DNA of 64,000 bases from Octopus sinensis (lineage: Eukaryota), in NCBI RefSeq assembly GCF_006345805.1, contig NC_043016.1, positions 30,566,001 to 30,630,000 of the forward strand. Direction: 5' to 3'. The notes beneath the pieces were generated by a model. That model worked only from the letters and a program-made list of their open reading frames with translations, had not been told where the DNA came from and searched no databases. A program made the position numbers and the translations under genes. The number at the start of each line of letters is the position of its first letter. The stretch's first letter is position 1. This document shows positions 39,183 to 52,687 of this stretch, in pieces.

Positions 39183-41535
39183 CTAAAAGAAAATATTTCA
39201 GTGACAAATATAACTGTTTTTCATTTAGTAAAAACCTGCCATTTCTGGCCTCTAACACCAACCCTACAATGTCATTCTAAATAATAAACAATCATGTCAT
39301 AGAACTCTCAAAGCTACAAGAGTATGCATGATTGATTCAAAACCATGTGAATAAATATTAGATCTGACAGAGTTAACTGAACACTAAACAGTTAAACACT
39401 AAAATACTTACTAAAGCTGTTATGTAGCAAGACATTTTTACCTGTTTTCCGAGCTGGAACGAGTTGGATGGGTTGACTAGAGCTGGCAAGTCAGAAGACT
39501 GCACCAAGCTCTACTGTCTACTTTAGCATACAAAACCCAAGCCAAAACACTGCACAAGCCTAAGTGCAAAGATCTAAGTTCAATTATCTTGTAGAAACAA
39601 GAGTAGGAAAATATTTCACAGATAATGATCATAATACAAGTATCTGGAACACGATTGTCACTATCACAACATAAACCTGATGATTATGTAACACATGAAA
39701 GTACTAGTTCTATCACAGTAAATATATAATATTCTATTATTATAACACTGTAAAATTATAAAAAATTGTAAATAATAAAACGTGAAAATCAGACTAAGTT
39801 GGAATTTCATTGATTAATATATTCTTTTATACACTATCCATTCATCCATCCATCTCTATATCTATATCTATCTATCTGTCTGTCTGTCATTTACTTTATC
39901 TGTCATTCTATCTATCTATCTATCTTTTTATTTAAATATATTTAAGAGGAATAATTGATGGATTTTTCCCTTATGAGGTTTTTCATGCTAACTATTTGAT
40001 AAATTCTTATAAAGATTTTATCCTATTTTTCAATTATCTATCTATTTATATATATAACTCTTCTCAACGTAAACATAACGATGTAGAAAATTTGAAAAGC
40101 TGAACGCGAAACCGGTCATTTCTTCTAAACTATGTCATTGTAAGAAAAAAATTTATAACATTCTTCAGACATATTGACTCAAATATATATTTTTTAACCT
40201 TTTAAAACAAGCCTTCTGTAGTTTTTTCACGTTCTACTATTTTCTCTCTATATATATATATATAATAACAAAGGCAGCTATAAGCAATATAAAACCAAAA
40301 AATAATTGTGACTGACGGGGTGCAGAGTAGCACCTACATTGCTAGAAATAAGAGCTGAAAGTTCTTAGGAGCACAAAGAAGCACACATCTATGTACTGAC
40401 TAGGGAAATAACCACCCCACAGTGAGAAAGATCATCATACTAGTCTAGTTTCAGTGATGACTACTCCATCGCTGGAGAGTTTGGCCAAATCCCAACTGTC
40501 ACTATATAGTATTTACCATATGAATCAATGGCTGATACAACAAAATGGTAAAGTGAAAATTATAAAGTAACTAAGGTGGCTATATGCAATATAAAACCAA
40601 AAATGAAAAATTCAGTTGTCACTAATTGTGACTGACTGTGTAGAGTAGCACCTACAAAACTCTATGCAAATTTTGGTCAATCTAAAAATAATAGTAAAAT
40701 CATAAAAATATCAGTTTTAATATATTTTAATAAAATATTGCTTTAATTGTTCTGATTGTTCACTCATGCTCAAAACCTACAGCTAACTTTCTACAGTTCT
40801 CAATCAAACTTTCACTTGCTCTTGTGACAACACTGTTAGTGCACTTATAATTTTCAAGAATTGAAGGGAATATTATAACTTTTTACAAGAAGAATAAACA
40901 TAAGCACTTTCCCATTTTACTATTTATTTTATAACTAATATTTCTCATTAAATGTTCTGTTGTGTCTGGGGAGAATCATTTTCTTACAAATGTTATCTCA
41001 CTAATTATTCCATTTCCTCTTCAAATTCCACTATTTTTGTATGTTATGATTTTTCTTTAAGTTTAGGAAAGGATACACTGGACAATGTAGTCTTATATAT
41101 ACAAAAAAAAAAAATTGAGATAAAAGATACTAAAGGATTACACAAACTATGAGAAAACTGTCTGACGTAGCAATAATAATGATTTGTAAGATTATGTGAA
41201 CATTGTTCGAAAATAATTGTTCAAAAGCAATTATTCAAAGAACATTTATTCAAATGGAAAATTGTATGAATGAAAATTATTCAAAAGGACAATTATATGA
41301 AATGTTAATTATTCTAAAATTAAAAAGCAAGTACACAAATGATATTTATTTCAAATAACTGTTTTCGAATAATTGTTTTCGGACAATTTTCATGATACGG
41401 ATTTCTAATATAAAATCATTTTTTAGGGAAGTGACTAGATTTTATTTTTATTCATCCTAAGGTGAACTTGACCTCAGAATGTAAAGAGATATAATGATGT
41501 AACTAAAATAACAATAATAATAATAATAATAATAA

Positions 41536-41584
<49 letters not shown>

Positions 41585-41585
<1 letters not shown>

Positions 41586-42125
41586 AACCAGACATTGCTG
41601 TGAAAGACCAAAACAAAAAAGTCTGTTTATTGATTGACATGATTATACCCTGTGACCATAATATCTTGGCAAAATAATTTGATAAGCTCAGAAAACATAA
41701 AGATTTGCAGATCGAAATCGAAAAGATGTGACATCTCAAGACGGTCACTATAAGAGTGATTGTGGGAGCACTTGGAATAATCAAAAAAGAAACTGAAAAT
41801 TATTTAAGAATGATCCCTGGCTTACCATCCATGCAGGAAATGCAAAATATTGTCATAACTGGTATGTTACAAGCACTGAGAAGAGCATTGTCGATGTGAA
41901 TTTTCTTTCCTCCCCCCCAACTCTATTTTATTTGTTTACTTTTCTATTTTTTTTCTTTTTCTCTCTGTCTTCCCCTTTTTCTCTGTCACACGACTCTGTA
42001 AATGAACAATCTGATGTGTTTGTTTTAATGGCTTACCAATGTATACAGTACATTTCTCTGCCCTAGGTGTCAGGAAGACACTTGGCAAGAAATGGAAGCT
42101 AAATTGAAAGAAGATGCTAATGAAA
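41585..42125 (+). mobile_element. Degenerate R4/Dong-like RLE 3' fragment (different subfamily) after a (TAA)/(TAG)n tract
   Basis: KPDIAVKD..VCLLIDM...KLRKHKDLQIEIEKM*HLKT..VIVGALG...RRALSM*, with in-frame stops; ends in aataataa. Confidence 0.85.
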
Positions 42126-42134
42126 ATAATAATA

Positions 42135-42505
42135 AGAGCACTAAGAGAGTGCAAACCTCTGCCAAGGCAACACCAAGGTCCTCTCAACGATTAGCCAGAG
42201 ATGATTTTTGATATGAGAATATCTGAAATAAATTTGACTGCTCTCACAAACACAAATACTAAAAATGAATTCGACTGCTCTCAAAAATTAGGTAAAAAAA
42301 AACAGGAAAATAATCCAAAATCCTTGTCCAGCACTGGATCAATACCAAAATCTAAACAGCTTATGCCAGTCATGAGGCCAAACATCCCTGAAAGTTTAAT
42401 CCAAATCCATCCAGCAGTTCTTGAGATATCCTGTTCATGGACAAACAAACAATCAAACAAACACAACTGAAAACAATACCTCCATCTTCGCTAAGGCAGT
42501 GGTAA
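42135..42505 (-). mobile_element. Helentron-associated (HINE/DINE-like) non-autonomous element
   Basis: Minus strand begins ttattaccactgcc...ggaggtattgttttc plus (tgtt)n and ends ccttggcagaggtttgcactctcttagtgctc (sub-TIR and hairpin); a similar end occurs at ~34765. Confidence 0.6.
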
Positions 42506-42509
42506 TAAT

Positions 42510-42720
42510 AACAATAATTGAGCACAAGCTGGAGCTCATGGTGGTGGACAAGGTGAACCATATGTGCTCTATAATTGATGTTGCATGTCCCCTTAACACC
42601 CCAAGTAATCAAGAAGGTAAAAGAAAAAAATAAATACATTCAACCTTCTTAAATATGAGATAGCTCAACTGTAGAAAATGAAGAAGGTGAAGACAGTGCC
42701 AACTATTAAAAGAAGCCATT
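42510..42720 (+). mobile_element. Highly decayed RLE fragment
   Basis: IEHKLELMVVDKVNHMCSIIDVACP resembles the RLE PD..IDVACP region; follows aataataac. Confidence 0.55.
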
Positions 42721-42988
42721 GGTCAATGGGACGGGAAAGAAGAAATACTGCAAAACCACAGAAAGAAATTCGAGAGGAAACATAGGCAAAGCTTGAGGTG
42801 AAAATAATAACTAAGCAAGAAAAAAAAAACAAACAAAGATAGAAAAGAAACAAATGAAGAAAATGGAGCAATATTTGAGGCAGAAAGGTTAAGAATAACT
42901 TAAAGGAAACAAAACTAAACTGCATAATTTTTTATGAGTACTATAAGCAAGGAATATATTTATTTAATCTCTTCTTTCTAAAACTTAC

Positions 42989-43147
42989 CGTACTTCGTTG
43001 GATGGATCAGTTAAGCAGTCGAGTGTGGCTTGTAGAATTTTATCTGTCAAATCTTTAACACCACTTAATAATCGTCGGTGACCAATTTTTTTTGCAATAA
43101 CTGTTATGTAATACGATGCCGTTTTTCTTATACCTACACTTCGGTGC
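42989..43147 (-). CDS. TOGARAM1: TOGARAM1 exon: (K)HRSVGIRKTASYYI...RLLSGVKDLTDKILQATLDCLTDPSNEV(R)
   Basis: AG/GTAAG boundaries, 159 nt; RLLSG.KD motif typical of crescerin TOG3. Confidence 0.92.
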
Positions 43148-43601
43148 CTTAAATAAAAGAAATAGAAAAAAAATAAGAAAAGAAAAATATAATACTTTAA
43201 GTGAAGGAAACTTTTCACATTAAAAGGCTGCACATTGAGTATTTAGCATAATCAATAAGATGTTCTGTTCTCTCTTGTACTCTTTTACTTGTTTCAGTCA
43301 TTTGACTGTGGCCATGCTGGAGCACCAACTTCAGTTGAGCAAATCGACCCCAGGATTTATTCTATCGGCGTAAACACACCAGCATCGGTTGTCAGGCAAT
43401 GTTGGGGGGACACATACAGACACGCAAACACACATAAATATATTTACATATACATATATACAACAAGCTTCTTTCAGTTTCTGCCTACCAAATCCACTCA
43501 CAAGGCTTTGGTCAGCCCGGGGCTATAGCAGAAGATATTTGCCCAAGGTGCCACACAGTGGGACTGAACCCGGAACCATGTGGTTGGTAAGCAAGCTACT
43601 T

Positions 43602-45064
43602 TATTTTATTAAATTTGCCATAAAGGCAATACACAGAGGGGACACTACAACACATGTGGGGACATATAACAATTAAAAAATAAAATATGATATAATGAAT
43701 GAACATGAAAATGCACATGAAGAACAAATTAAAATATGATAATATGAATGATATCTGAAAATGATATTATGAAGAGTGTGCTACTCACCCCACACTGAGT
43801 AACACAACTCGCTGTCTCTGGGTCCTGAGTCCTTTTTCTCTTTTCATCCAATCCTTTTTCCCTTTTCACTGTCACTTAATGATAACATTCTCTCCGTTAT
43901 GCATTCATAACCTTTTTCACCGGGAGGTGGGGGGTCTTCTAAATTTTGTGGTGTCTGTTCTTTCTTTTTCTTTTTTTCTTGAGGGGAAATGGGGTGGGTG
44001 GGTTTGGTGTCTGTATGGGGAGGGTGGGTCTGAGTGGTCTTGGGTGGGATGGGGTTGGACCGGGGTGCCACATCATACTCAGTGTCTTTTCTTTTTTTCC
44101 TCTTTCTCCTATTGCGCTCTGCAATTTTCCATTCTTCCTCTTTTTTATTGTTTCCTTCGTCTATTTTGTCTTCCTCTCTTTTCTCTTCTGTCTCCGCAAC
44201 TATATCCTCAGCCGTAGTCCTTCGTAGAGGGCAGTATGCTCTAATGTGGCCCTTTTGGCCACATTTGAAATAACGTGGTACTCTGCCCTCTACCCACACC
44301 CTCAGCACGATTTCCCCCAGCGTCACAGTCTCTGCCAAGTTCTCAAGTTGTCCCTCTTCCGTCTGAATAATTAACTCGAGCGTCCTTCCTTTCCACCCTC
44401 CTTCAGTTTCTGTGGCTTGGAGGACAGCCACCTTCTCCTCGCTTCCAACAAGGACAGCTGCCGCTACCCAAGCCACATTTATGTCAGGCGGAATTCCTTC
44501 TACCCTTATCTTGGAAGTCCTTCTTCCAAGATACGTGGGTAGAAGGACCATTTCCTTCGTCTTTATGGTTTTACCCGCCAGCCTCCTTGCCTCCTCCTCT
44601 GTTCTAAATTGGACTACCATTGTCCCATATTGGCATGTATATTACTCCGTTGGATTCCTCCTTTACTGCCTTTTCTATTTTCCCTATTTCTATTTGGTCG
44701 ACCGTCTTACTCTTTATCGAGTAAATTTTGTATATGACCGTTCTTCTTTTTATGCCATCCATTATTCTTTGTGGGGGTGACAACGCCATGTTGCCGCCCA
44801 CTTTCTGCACCATTTTTCTATGCTCCTTCATTCTTGATAAATCCACCTCTTTTCTCTTCACCTCCACAGCCTCGGCGAAACTCTTCGTTTTCTTCAAATA
44901 TTCATCCATGCCTTCTACTGCTCTCAGCAGCTCCTCCTCTGAAGAAGACAGCTCAGACCCACTAAGGTCCAAGTACATTACTAACCTCAAAGCAGCAAAA
45001 GGAAAAACGTCCGACTCGCACACAAACGACAAACCAAATGCACTATGGGTAACCGGAAGCAAGC
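43602..45064 (-). mobile_element. 1.46-kb retroelement encoding only an ORF1/gag-like zinc-knuckle protein (HAL1/Tx1-like), TSD-flanked
   Basis: TSD tggt(a/t)agcaagctactt at 43585-43601 and 45065-45081; AATAAA and an A-rich 3' end at ~43602-43615; no RT or endonuclease coding. Confidence 0.8.
43844..44978 (-). pseudogene. Frameshifted ORF1-like gene (RRM-like region, [Y]FKCGQKGHIRAYC knuckle, acidic/basic tail)
   Basis: ATG at 44978 (MYLDLSGSELSSSEEE...); frame switch near 44635 to QYGTMVVQFRTEEEARRL...KIRVEGIPP...WVEGRVPRYFKCGQKGHIRAYCP. Confidence 0.8.
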
Positions 45065-45764
45065 TGGTTAGCAAGCTACTTACCACATAGCCACTCCTGC
45101 ATGTTCCATCAAAATTTTTTTATTGCAAACATTAAATAGAATTCAGTCTATACATTATTTGTTTGAGAAAGTCTGTGATAAAATTAGAACTCTGTCGGTT
45201 ATTTAATACATCAGAGTTTGTAGGCTCCCTAAGCAACAGATGGAAAGCACACAATATATTTTTTATCTCTACTAGCTGACACGGTGATTCAGGATAACTT
45301 TGTTACCAGTAAAAGAAGAAAGGAGTATACTGCATCAATATCAAATTGCTAACTCAATGCAAATTTATTGTTTGTCGCACAACTAATATTCAAAGTTGTG
45401 TTCTACTTAGGAGTCATACTTTTAACATTAATGTAATGGACAGTCTTGACAGAATATTTTAGTCATGACCATCAGAATTAGCTGAAATTGAGCAATTTAC
45501 TGCAATAAAAAAAGCATCTCTTCCTACAATGTCGTGCTAGACTTAAAAAGCATGTGATGTTCTCCAAATACTTGCAATTTGTAATTTGCTCAGTTATTTG
45601 CTGTTTACAAGACTTTTCTTTGACAAGAATCCTTGCTAGTGGTAAAATACATCTATATTAGAACTTAGCTGTACTATTATAGATCTAAGAGCAAAAGTCT
45701 CTAGCTGACTGGACCACTACAAGAAAAACTAGATCTGGGATAGAGGCATTAGGTTAAGTTCATA

Positions 45765-46165
45765 CTCTTTACTCTTTTACTTGTTTCAGTCATTTGACTG
45801 CGGCTATGCTGGAGCACTGCTTTTAGTCGAACAAATTGACCCCAGGATTTATTCTTTGTAAGCCAAGTATTTATTCTATCGGTGTCTTTTGCTGAGCCGC
45901 TAAGTTACGGGAAAGTAAACACACCAGCATTGGCTGTCAAGCGATGTTGGGGGGACAAACACAGACACACAAACACACACACACACACACATATATATAT
46001 ACATATACATTTATACGATGGGCTTCTTTCAGTTTCTGTCTACCAAATCCACTCACAAGGCTTTGGTCGGCCCGGGGCTATAGTAGAAGGTGCCATGCAG
46101 TGGGATTGAACCCGGAACCATGTGGTTGGTAAGCAAGCTACTTACCACACAGCCACTCCTGCGCC
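45765..46165 (-). mobile_element. SINE family A copy
   Basis: Reverse complement of 22687-23090. Confidence 0.9.
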
Positions 46166-46959
46166 TATAATCATAGATGATTAAAAATTAAAATTTTTCT
46201 CTGAGCACACTTGATTCCATTAATGAAAACCAATTTTGTAAGCTCTACTTCAGGGCCATTTATGACTGTAAGGAATTTATATAAAGAAGCTTGTTAATTT
46301 AACTGTAGTGGAAAATCATTAGCTGGTTCCTCTTACTTTTGTTTTAGATTCATTTCTTTTTTTCTGGCAGTACACTTTAAAATCTTCAAACAATTTTCAA
46401 TCCAGGTTGAAGAACACTTTCATCAATGTCTTTCAAACTGCATGCCACGAAACTTACTCATATGTTTGAACTGGTTATCATGTAAAATGAATACATGTAA
46501 GCATGCAAAACACATGCAACAACATTATGATGATGATGATGATGATGGGGATTAGCATAACAATGATATCACAGACCATGCAGATAGATACAATGTGCAG
46601 ATATTGGCCACACACAAACACACACACACACAGCTACATATCAATAACCCTTTCATTTAGAGGCACAAGGTCTGCAATCTGGGGGAAGGGAAAAGTTGAT
46701 TACATCAACCCCAATGTTTAACTGGTACTTATTTTATTGACCCCGAAATGACAAAAGGCAAAACTGATCTCGGTAGAATATGAACTCAGAACATAAAGCT
46801 GGAAGAAATGTCACAATGTATTCTGTCCAGTGTGCTAACAATTCTGCTACCTAAAGCTACATGCTGATAAAAGAATGCTACAAATATGATAATATAAATT
46901 TTCATTTTCCAATAGATAATCATATATTAAATATTCTTAGAACATTTTTATGATACATA

Positions 46960-47345
46960 TCTTTATATATAAAAGTGAAGTTGTGTGTCTGTCTCCTACG
47001 ATTTAGATTCCTAACTACTCCCACATTTTGCAGTTTAACCAAAACCGGGTATCTTATAGTCGTGATTCATATCAAGCCCTTCTGGGTATTAGCGCACATC
47101 TACGATGAGTCTATGATTTTAAAAATAATTTACCATCATTTTTTCCATTTTAATGCATTTTTTCGCTATTATATAAGGGAAGTAACTCTTTAAAAATGTC
47201 TACGATGAGTCAACGATTTAAAAAAAAAATTACCATAATTTTTTTTCCATTTTTAATGCATTTTTTTGCTATTTTTTGGCTATAACTATATGCTTATATA
47301 GTTACTTCCCTTACAAATCCGAGCAATGCTGGGCGATACTGCTAG
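46960..47345 (+). mobile_element. Non-autonomous Helitron
   Basis: a|TCtttatatataaaag ... ccgagcaatgctggg (imperfect subterminal hairpin) ...gCTAG|t, inserted between A and T with no TSD; internal ~75-bp duplication (47099 and 47199). Confidence 0.85.
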
Positions 47346-48028
47346 TTATAATAAAATGAAATATATACTAAAGTAAAAGATACTATCTGCATAACCCTAA
47401 TATCTATCTAATTCATATGTGACCAATGACAAGCTTACACTAAATTAAGTAATACTAACATAATAAACTTCTTATCTTTTATCTTTTACTTGTTTCAATC
47501 ATTAGACTGCGGCCATGCTGGGGTACTACTTTCAAGAACTTTTAGTCAAAGGAATCGACCCCTGTACTTATTTTTTTCATTTTTTAATACCTGGTACTTA
47601 TTCTATCAGTCTCTTTTGCTGAACTTCCAAGTTACAGGGATGTAAACACACCAGCACTGGTTGTCAAATGGTGGTGATGGGTCAAACACATACACACACA
47701 TGTGTGCATGTGCAATGGACTTCTTGCAGATTTTATCTACCAAATTCACCCACAAGCATGAAGCTATGATAGAAGACACTTGCCCAAGGTGTCATACAGT
47801 GGGACTGAACCTGGAGCCATGTGGATGAGAAGCAAGCATCTTATTACACAGCCATGCCTGCATCTTAGTTCAGTTAATATTTTTCAACCAAGAATCATTT
47901 ATCACTCAAAATTTCTTGATGTAACATTATTAAAGACTAGAAACAACAATTTTCTGGAAAAGAAAAAAGGAAAAAGAAAAAACAAAACAAAAACAACTTG
48001 AAAACTTAAATATCCCAAATGGACTTAC

Positions 48029-48177
48029 TTCAAACCTTTGGTTATGAGGATCGGCAAAGCCTTCGTACAGGTGATATTTTCAACCATTGCATCAAATGCC
48101 TTTTCTACATCATTCCTGATGAATTCTTTGCTGACAGCCATCAAAGCTAATAAGCAACCAATAACTTTGTCTAATTC
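48029..48177 (-). CDS. TOGARAM1: TOGARAM1 exon: ELDKVIGCLLALMAVSKEFIRNDVEKAFDAMVENITCTKALPILITKGL(K)
   Basis: TTCAG/GTAAG boundaries, 149 nt; FIR.DV.KA..AMV motif. Confidence 0.93.
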
Positions 48178-48451
48178 CTGAAAAAATGTATGATCAAATA
48201 TTAAATTTAAATTCTTTTAAGACTAGCAATATTTGAATATCTCAAAAGGATTCAAATATATGAAATTTTGTTTTAAAAACGAAAATTGTGCATACGGGTC
48301 AATAGACCCATACATTTTCAAAATTTTAAAACAATTTATGAAAATATAGAATTCCACAAAAATGCCTGTTAAACCAATCCCTAAATTTTAATGATATATT
48401 ATAAGTTATCATAGTATGTTGTAAATAGTATCAGAAACAAATGGAACTCAC

Positions 48452-48538
48452 TGCATCCATTCTTCTCTTCAGATAGAGAAACATATCAGTAACACAAAGA
48501 ATAGCATCTCTTTTAACTTGAGACCTTAGGTTTTCCAA
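48452..48538 (-). CDS. TOGARAM1: TOGARAM1 exon: LENLRSQVKRDAILCVTDMFLYLKRRMDA
   Basis: CCAG/GTGAG boundaries, 87 nt; NLRS motif of CLASP/crescerin TOGs. Confidence 0.93.
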
Positions 48539-50759
48539 CTGGAAGCAGAAAAAAAACAAAATAAAAAAACAGATAAATAAATAAACAGATAAAGCCCCAC
48601 CCAAAAAATAATGAAGAAGGAAATATATTCAGAATCACAACTTTGAATGGGAAGTTATTTGCACAAATTCAAACCTGCAACCTACATAAAGTACTTCAGT
48701 GTTTTCTTTCAAATTGATTAAGGTTTTTGTATAATCAGGAAGCCGCAAATTAAAAAGAAGTTAAATGGAAAGTTACCGTGGACCTTCTTTGCTTTAACTA
48801 AAATACGGAACTGGATTACAAACTCAGCTTAATGGTATCCACATGTACATAACAAAATTTAGAATGATTTGACATTACTTTGATGTGAAATATGGAATTC
48901 ATTCATTTGTTTTACTGAATGCACGTTTTTTTTTTTTTTTTACAAAATTTGCATAGTACATACATACATTATATACACACGCATACACACACACATAATG
49001 ATGGTTGTCCACTCATGACCAAGGAAGACTGTCACTGAGCATTAAGAACACTGAGCACTCAGACAAATTTGTACTTTGCCCTAGTAGCTCAGCTAGTGAC
49101 TAATGAGTCCGACTATTGATAAACATCCACATCCACAGATACTGCAGATCAAGCTTCCCCCATTCACCACACTGGCAGTGCATTTTCAAGCCACTCATTT
49201 AAATTCTGCATGTAGAATGCATGCTTTTAAAATTACACATCTATTCCTTTATTTTTCTCTCCACTGCTGGTGATGACAAGCATTACTTTCTTTCCCTATT
49301 GACCACCCATATTTCACATGCCTTCAATGAAGACTTTACACAGTCCTTGACTGGTCCTTGTGAACTGCCAGCATGAAAGTCTTGAGGGGAGCCAATGTCC
49401 TGAGCATTGAGGTGATGGTGCTTAAGCACTGGTTACATTGGACTGGATACCTTGCTTAGATGAATGATTGGAGCATCCCTAAGCTGATGTTATATTATAT
49501 GGTAAAGTTGCTTGTGGTAAATATGCTTCCAACAGGAACCAAGACTATATGCATGCTGGACTCTCCTGTCTAACTAACAGATTAAGGGTCAGCAATTTCT
49601 TGCTGAACAACCTGCAAATTTGATTTGTTTATAGTGATCAAAAGCTTGAGCTGTACATTAGCTCAGTTCCTCCATCAAGTCAACATTGCCTGCATAGGTG
49701 CATGGTGTGCCACATGTCAGATGTTGAGGTGGTCACAGAGCCATGTGAGATGAAGCGCTTTACTCAAGAATGCAAGTTTGTCTGGTCTGTGAATTGAAAT
49801 CAAGATCTTGGGACCACAAGTGCAATACCTTAATTATTAAGCCATGTACCCCCCACCTCACACACAAACACATGCATGCAGACATACATATCTATATCTG
49901 TTTAGGTTAAACAACTTCAAGTATACTATCTGAAAGTATTATATTTTAATAATACCTTCAGATAGTCAAGGAATTCTTCACATTTCAACACAAAGGTCAT
50001 ATCATATATGTTGAAGAGTTTACTGGCCAGCATAGATGATTATAGATACTAGTTTTGTAATACTCATTAATTTATAACACCTATAAATTAATAACTATTT
50101 TAAAGGTATTACTTTTATGGGTATATATTTTTACAGGCATTGTTTTTATAAGACCTATTTTGTAAGTAATGTATGTTTTTATGCAAACTTTTGTTAACAA
50201 ACAAATATATGAAATTACTAACTGTTAAACCATAATAAATTATCCATTATAAAATATTCAATGAAAAACAATTGATATTTTTCATGAAAATACAACTTGC
50301 ACCGTAATTTTGAAAGTCTGAAGGAAATGAAAATGGAGATGGAAATTACTGGAAAGTAAAAAAGATTTTTTCAAAAATATTATGAAAATGACATGAACTG
50401 TATGAATTCACATGTGAACAACATATGAGAAAAGTTGTTTTTTCTCTTGGGCTTCAAACAGTGAAAGTTTTTCATTGAATGATTTGACAAGTATGAAAAG
50501 ATTTTGGATCAAATTGTTTTCTGGACTAGATTGAAGTTCATAAAATGTAGTTTAGGTTGGTCAAAATTAACAGAACGGTCAACGTGTCAACAGTTTGTAG
50601 TGACCTTTAGATAACCAGGTGAAGTGTTTAGTCAACCAAGTGGTCATTTACCACTAGTTTATTTGACCAAAGTAACTCCCAGCCTTATACTGGCTATATA
50701 AAGTAGAATTCAAAATCTGCATTTTCTGTTTCCTTCAGAAACATGCTGGCAGTAAACTA

Positions 50760-51019
50760 CAGTAATTCCTTGACTATCACAGGAATTACATTCCAAAACC
50801 CCCGCAATAGATGAAAATCCATGAAGCAGAAACTGTACTGTACTGCATTTTTTTTATTTCTTTATAATTTGTATATATTTATTTTATTATAAATGCAAAA
50901 CAACACCACGGAGGAATCTACATAAGCTTAAATAATAAACCATGATTGGTGAACCATGACAGGTGAACCGTGACAGGTGAACCGTGATAGGTGAACCATG
51001 ATATTGTAAGGGATTACTG
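50760..51019. mobile_element. Tigger-like MITE with a subterminal 14-bp tandem (ggtgaaccgtgaca)
   Basis: cagtaattcct...agggattactg termini. Confidence 0.6.
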
Positions 51020-51269
51020 AGTAGAGCTCAGCACAATCTTCCGGCTCTCCAGCTTCTGCCAAATTGTCCATCCTATGCCAACATGGAAAACATATGTTAA
51101 ACAACAAGAACAATGATGATAATGACAACGGTGATGATGATAGTAATGATGATGATGATGTTGATGAGAGCACTGATGATGATGATGATGATGATGATGA
51201 GGATGATGATGTTGATGAGGATATTGATGATGATGATGATGATGATGATCTCTAGTCAATGAATAATGC

Positions 51270-51308
<39 letters not shown>

Positions 51309-52687
51309 GCTCCAATGATTAATGTGTGTGTTTGATATGAGGTGGGATATTGTGCAACAGTAAGATGGCTACTGATGTTGAGAAGGTAGGGTGGTGACAG
51401 ACAACCAAAACTGGAAGTATATCTGAGAGAATTTAGATTAGAGGAAACTGCACTGACACCAGTTGCAATGGAACAATCTGATGAGAAACTTTCAACCCAA
51501 GAAAAGAATGAACAATGGAATTCACAGGTTGATGACTTTGCCAGGAGGTATAGTCTAAAGGTTTATTTTTTTTGTGACCCTAAAATTTAGTAAATTTATA
51601 ATACATTCATAATTTTTTTTTTATTGAAAGCATTTTTCAAGGAGTTTTATCTTTTTGATTCTACATGTGGAAGTTTATCTCAGATTCCTTTGATTTTTAT
51701 ATTTAGCTTCAAGCCAGATTGCACAACATTCATGTCTCTCCTTCAAATTTTGTCATTTTCATTTCCAGGTCTTCCACTTTTAGAAAAGCACTTGACTTCA
51801 TTTAGAAAGTCATATAAGTTAGCATGCAAAACAATCTAGATATACACAAGCTTTTAAGGAGTATAGAGTATGTGAATCTGAAAAAAGTCTTCGTAAATAA
51901 AATTGGATAGTTGGAAATTGTCTGGAAGCTTTGTGGGACACCCTGCCTTTGTAATTTGATAGCCAGACCTTGTTACACAGTGTCATATTGATTCTTCTTG
52001 AGGCTAAGTGTTTATACTACAACCATCTCTTTACACCATAATATGTAGGTCATTCTATTGTTTGAACAATTGAAACACTCATATGCTGAAGCCAGTGTGG
52101 GAACCATTTTTTATTCACCATTATCTCATACAGAGCAAAACTTGAAAGCTTCTGGGAGCTGACTGAAAGAGGTCAGCTGTTTCAATGGCATTCAATACTG
52201 GTCAACAAAGACAGCAGAAGATATTCTTTTGTAAAAAGGAGATCTTCATGACAGCATGAGTACAAAATAGTTTTAACCCTTTAACATATCAGGCCCAAAT
52301 ATTCTACCCATTTTATGTTAAAACTGGCCACATGCAAACTCTCACATCTACCCTACAATGTCATTCTTAAAATAAACAACATCATCATCAAAATCTAAAA
52401 TCTCAAAACTATAAGATAATGCATGATTAATTCAAATCAATGTAAATAAATAGGCATTATATTTGACAGGGTAATCTGAATACCAAAGGATTAAAGTTTT
52501 AGCAGCTTTGGGTACTGCTTGGAGTATGTGAAAATGAACAGCAACACTCAGTTTATAGAAAGTTGACAAGTTTATCGGAGCTGACAAGAATTTTGGACTG
52601 TTCAAAGCTAATGAATTTCCTTATATTTATAATTAGAGTGGTTGCTAAAAAGGTTGATACATTAGTTAAAAGCAGAATGTGACTAAA

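Larger units (their letters stand above)
43273..45100 (-). mobile_element. SINE family A copy split by a later insertion (parts 43273-43601 and 45065-45100)
   Basis: The SINE sequence stops at ...gcaagctact (43600) and resumes at 45065 to finish with the head (taccacatagccactcctgc). Confidence 0.88.

Noticed and set aside
40270-40660. Short direct duplications (40273/40575; also a 39-bp tandem at 35110-35195)
   Set aside because: Ordinary local duplications with no termini, TSD or coding signal.
43879-44780. Plus-strand ORFs overlapping the ORF1-like gene
   Set aside because: Antisense shadows of the minus-strand coding sequence, with no motifs.
51064-51310. Poly-Asp and poly-His ORFs
   Set aside because: (GAT)n tail of a decayed family-B SINE.
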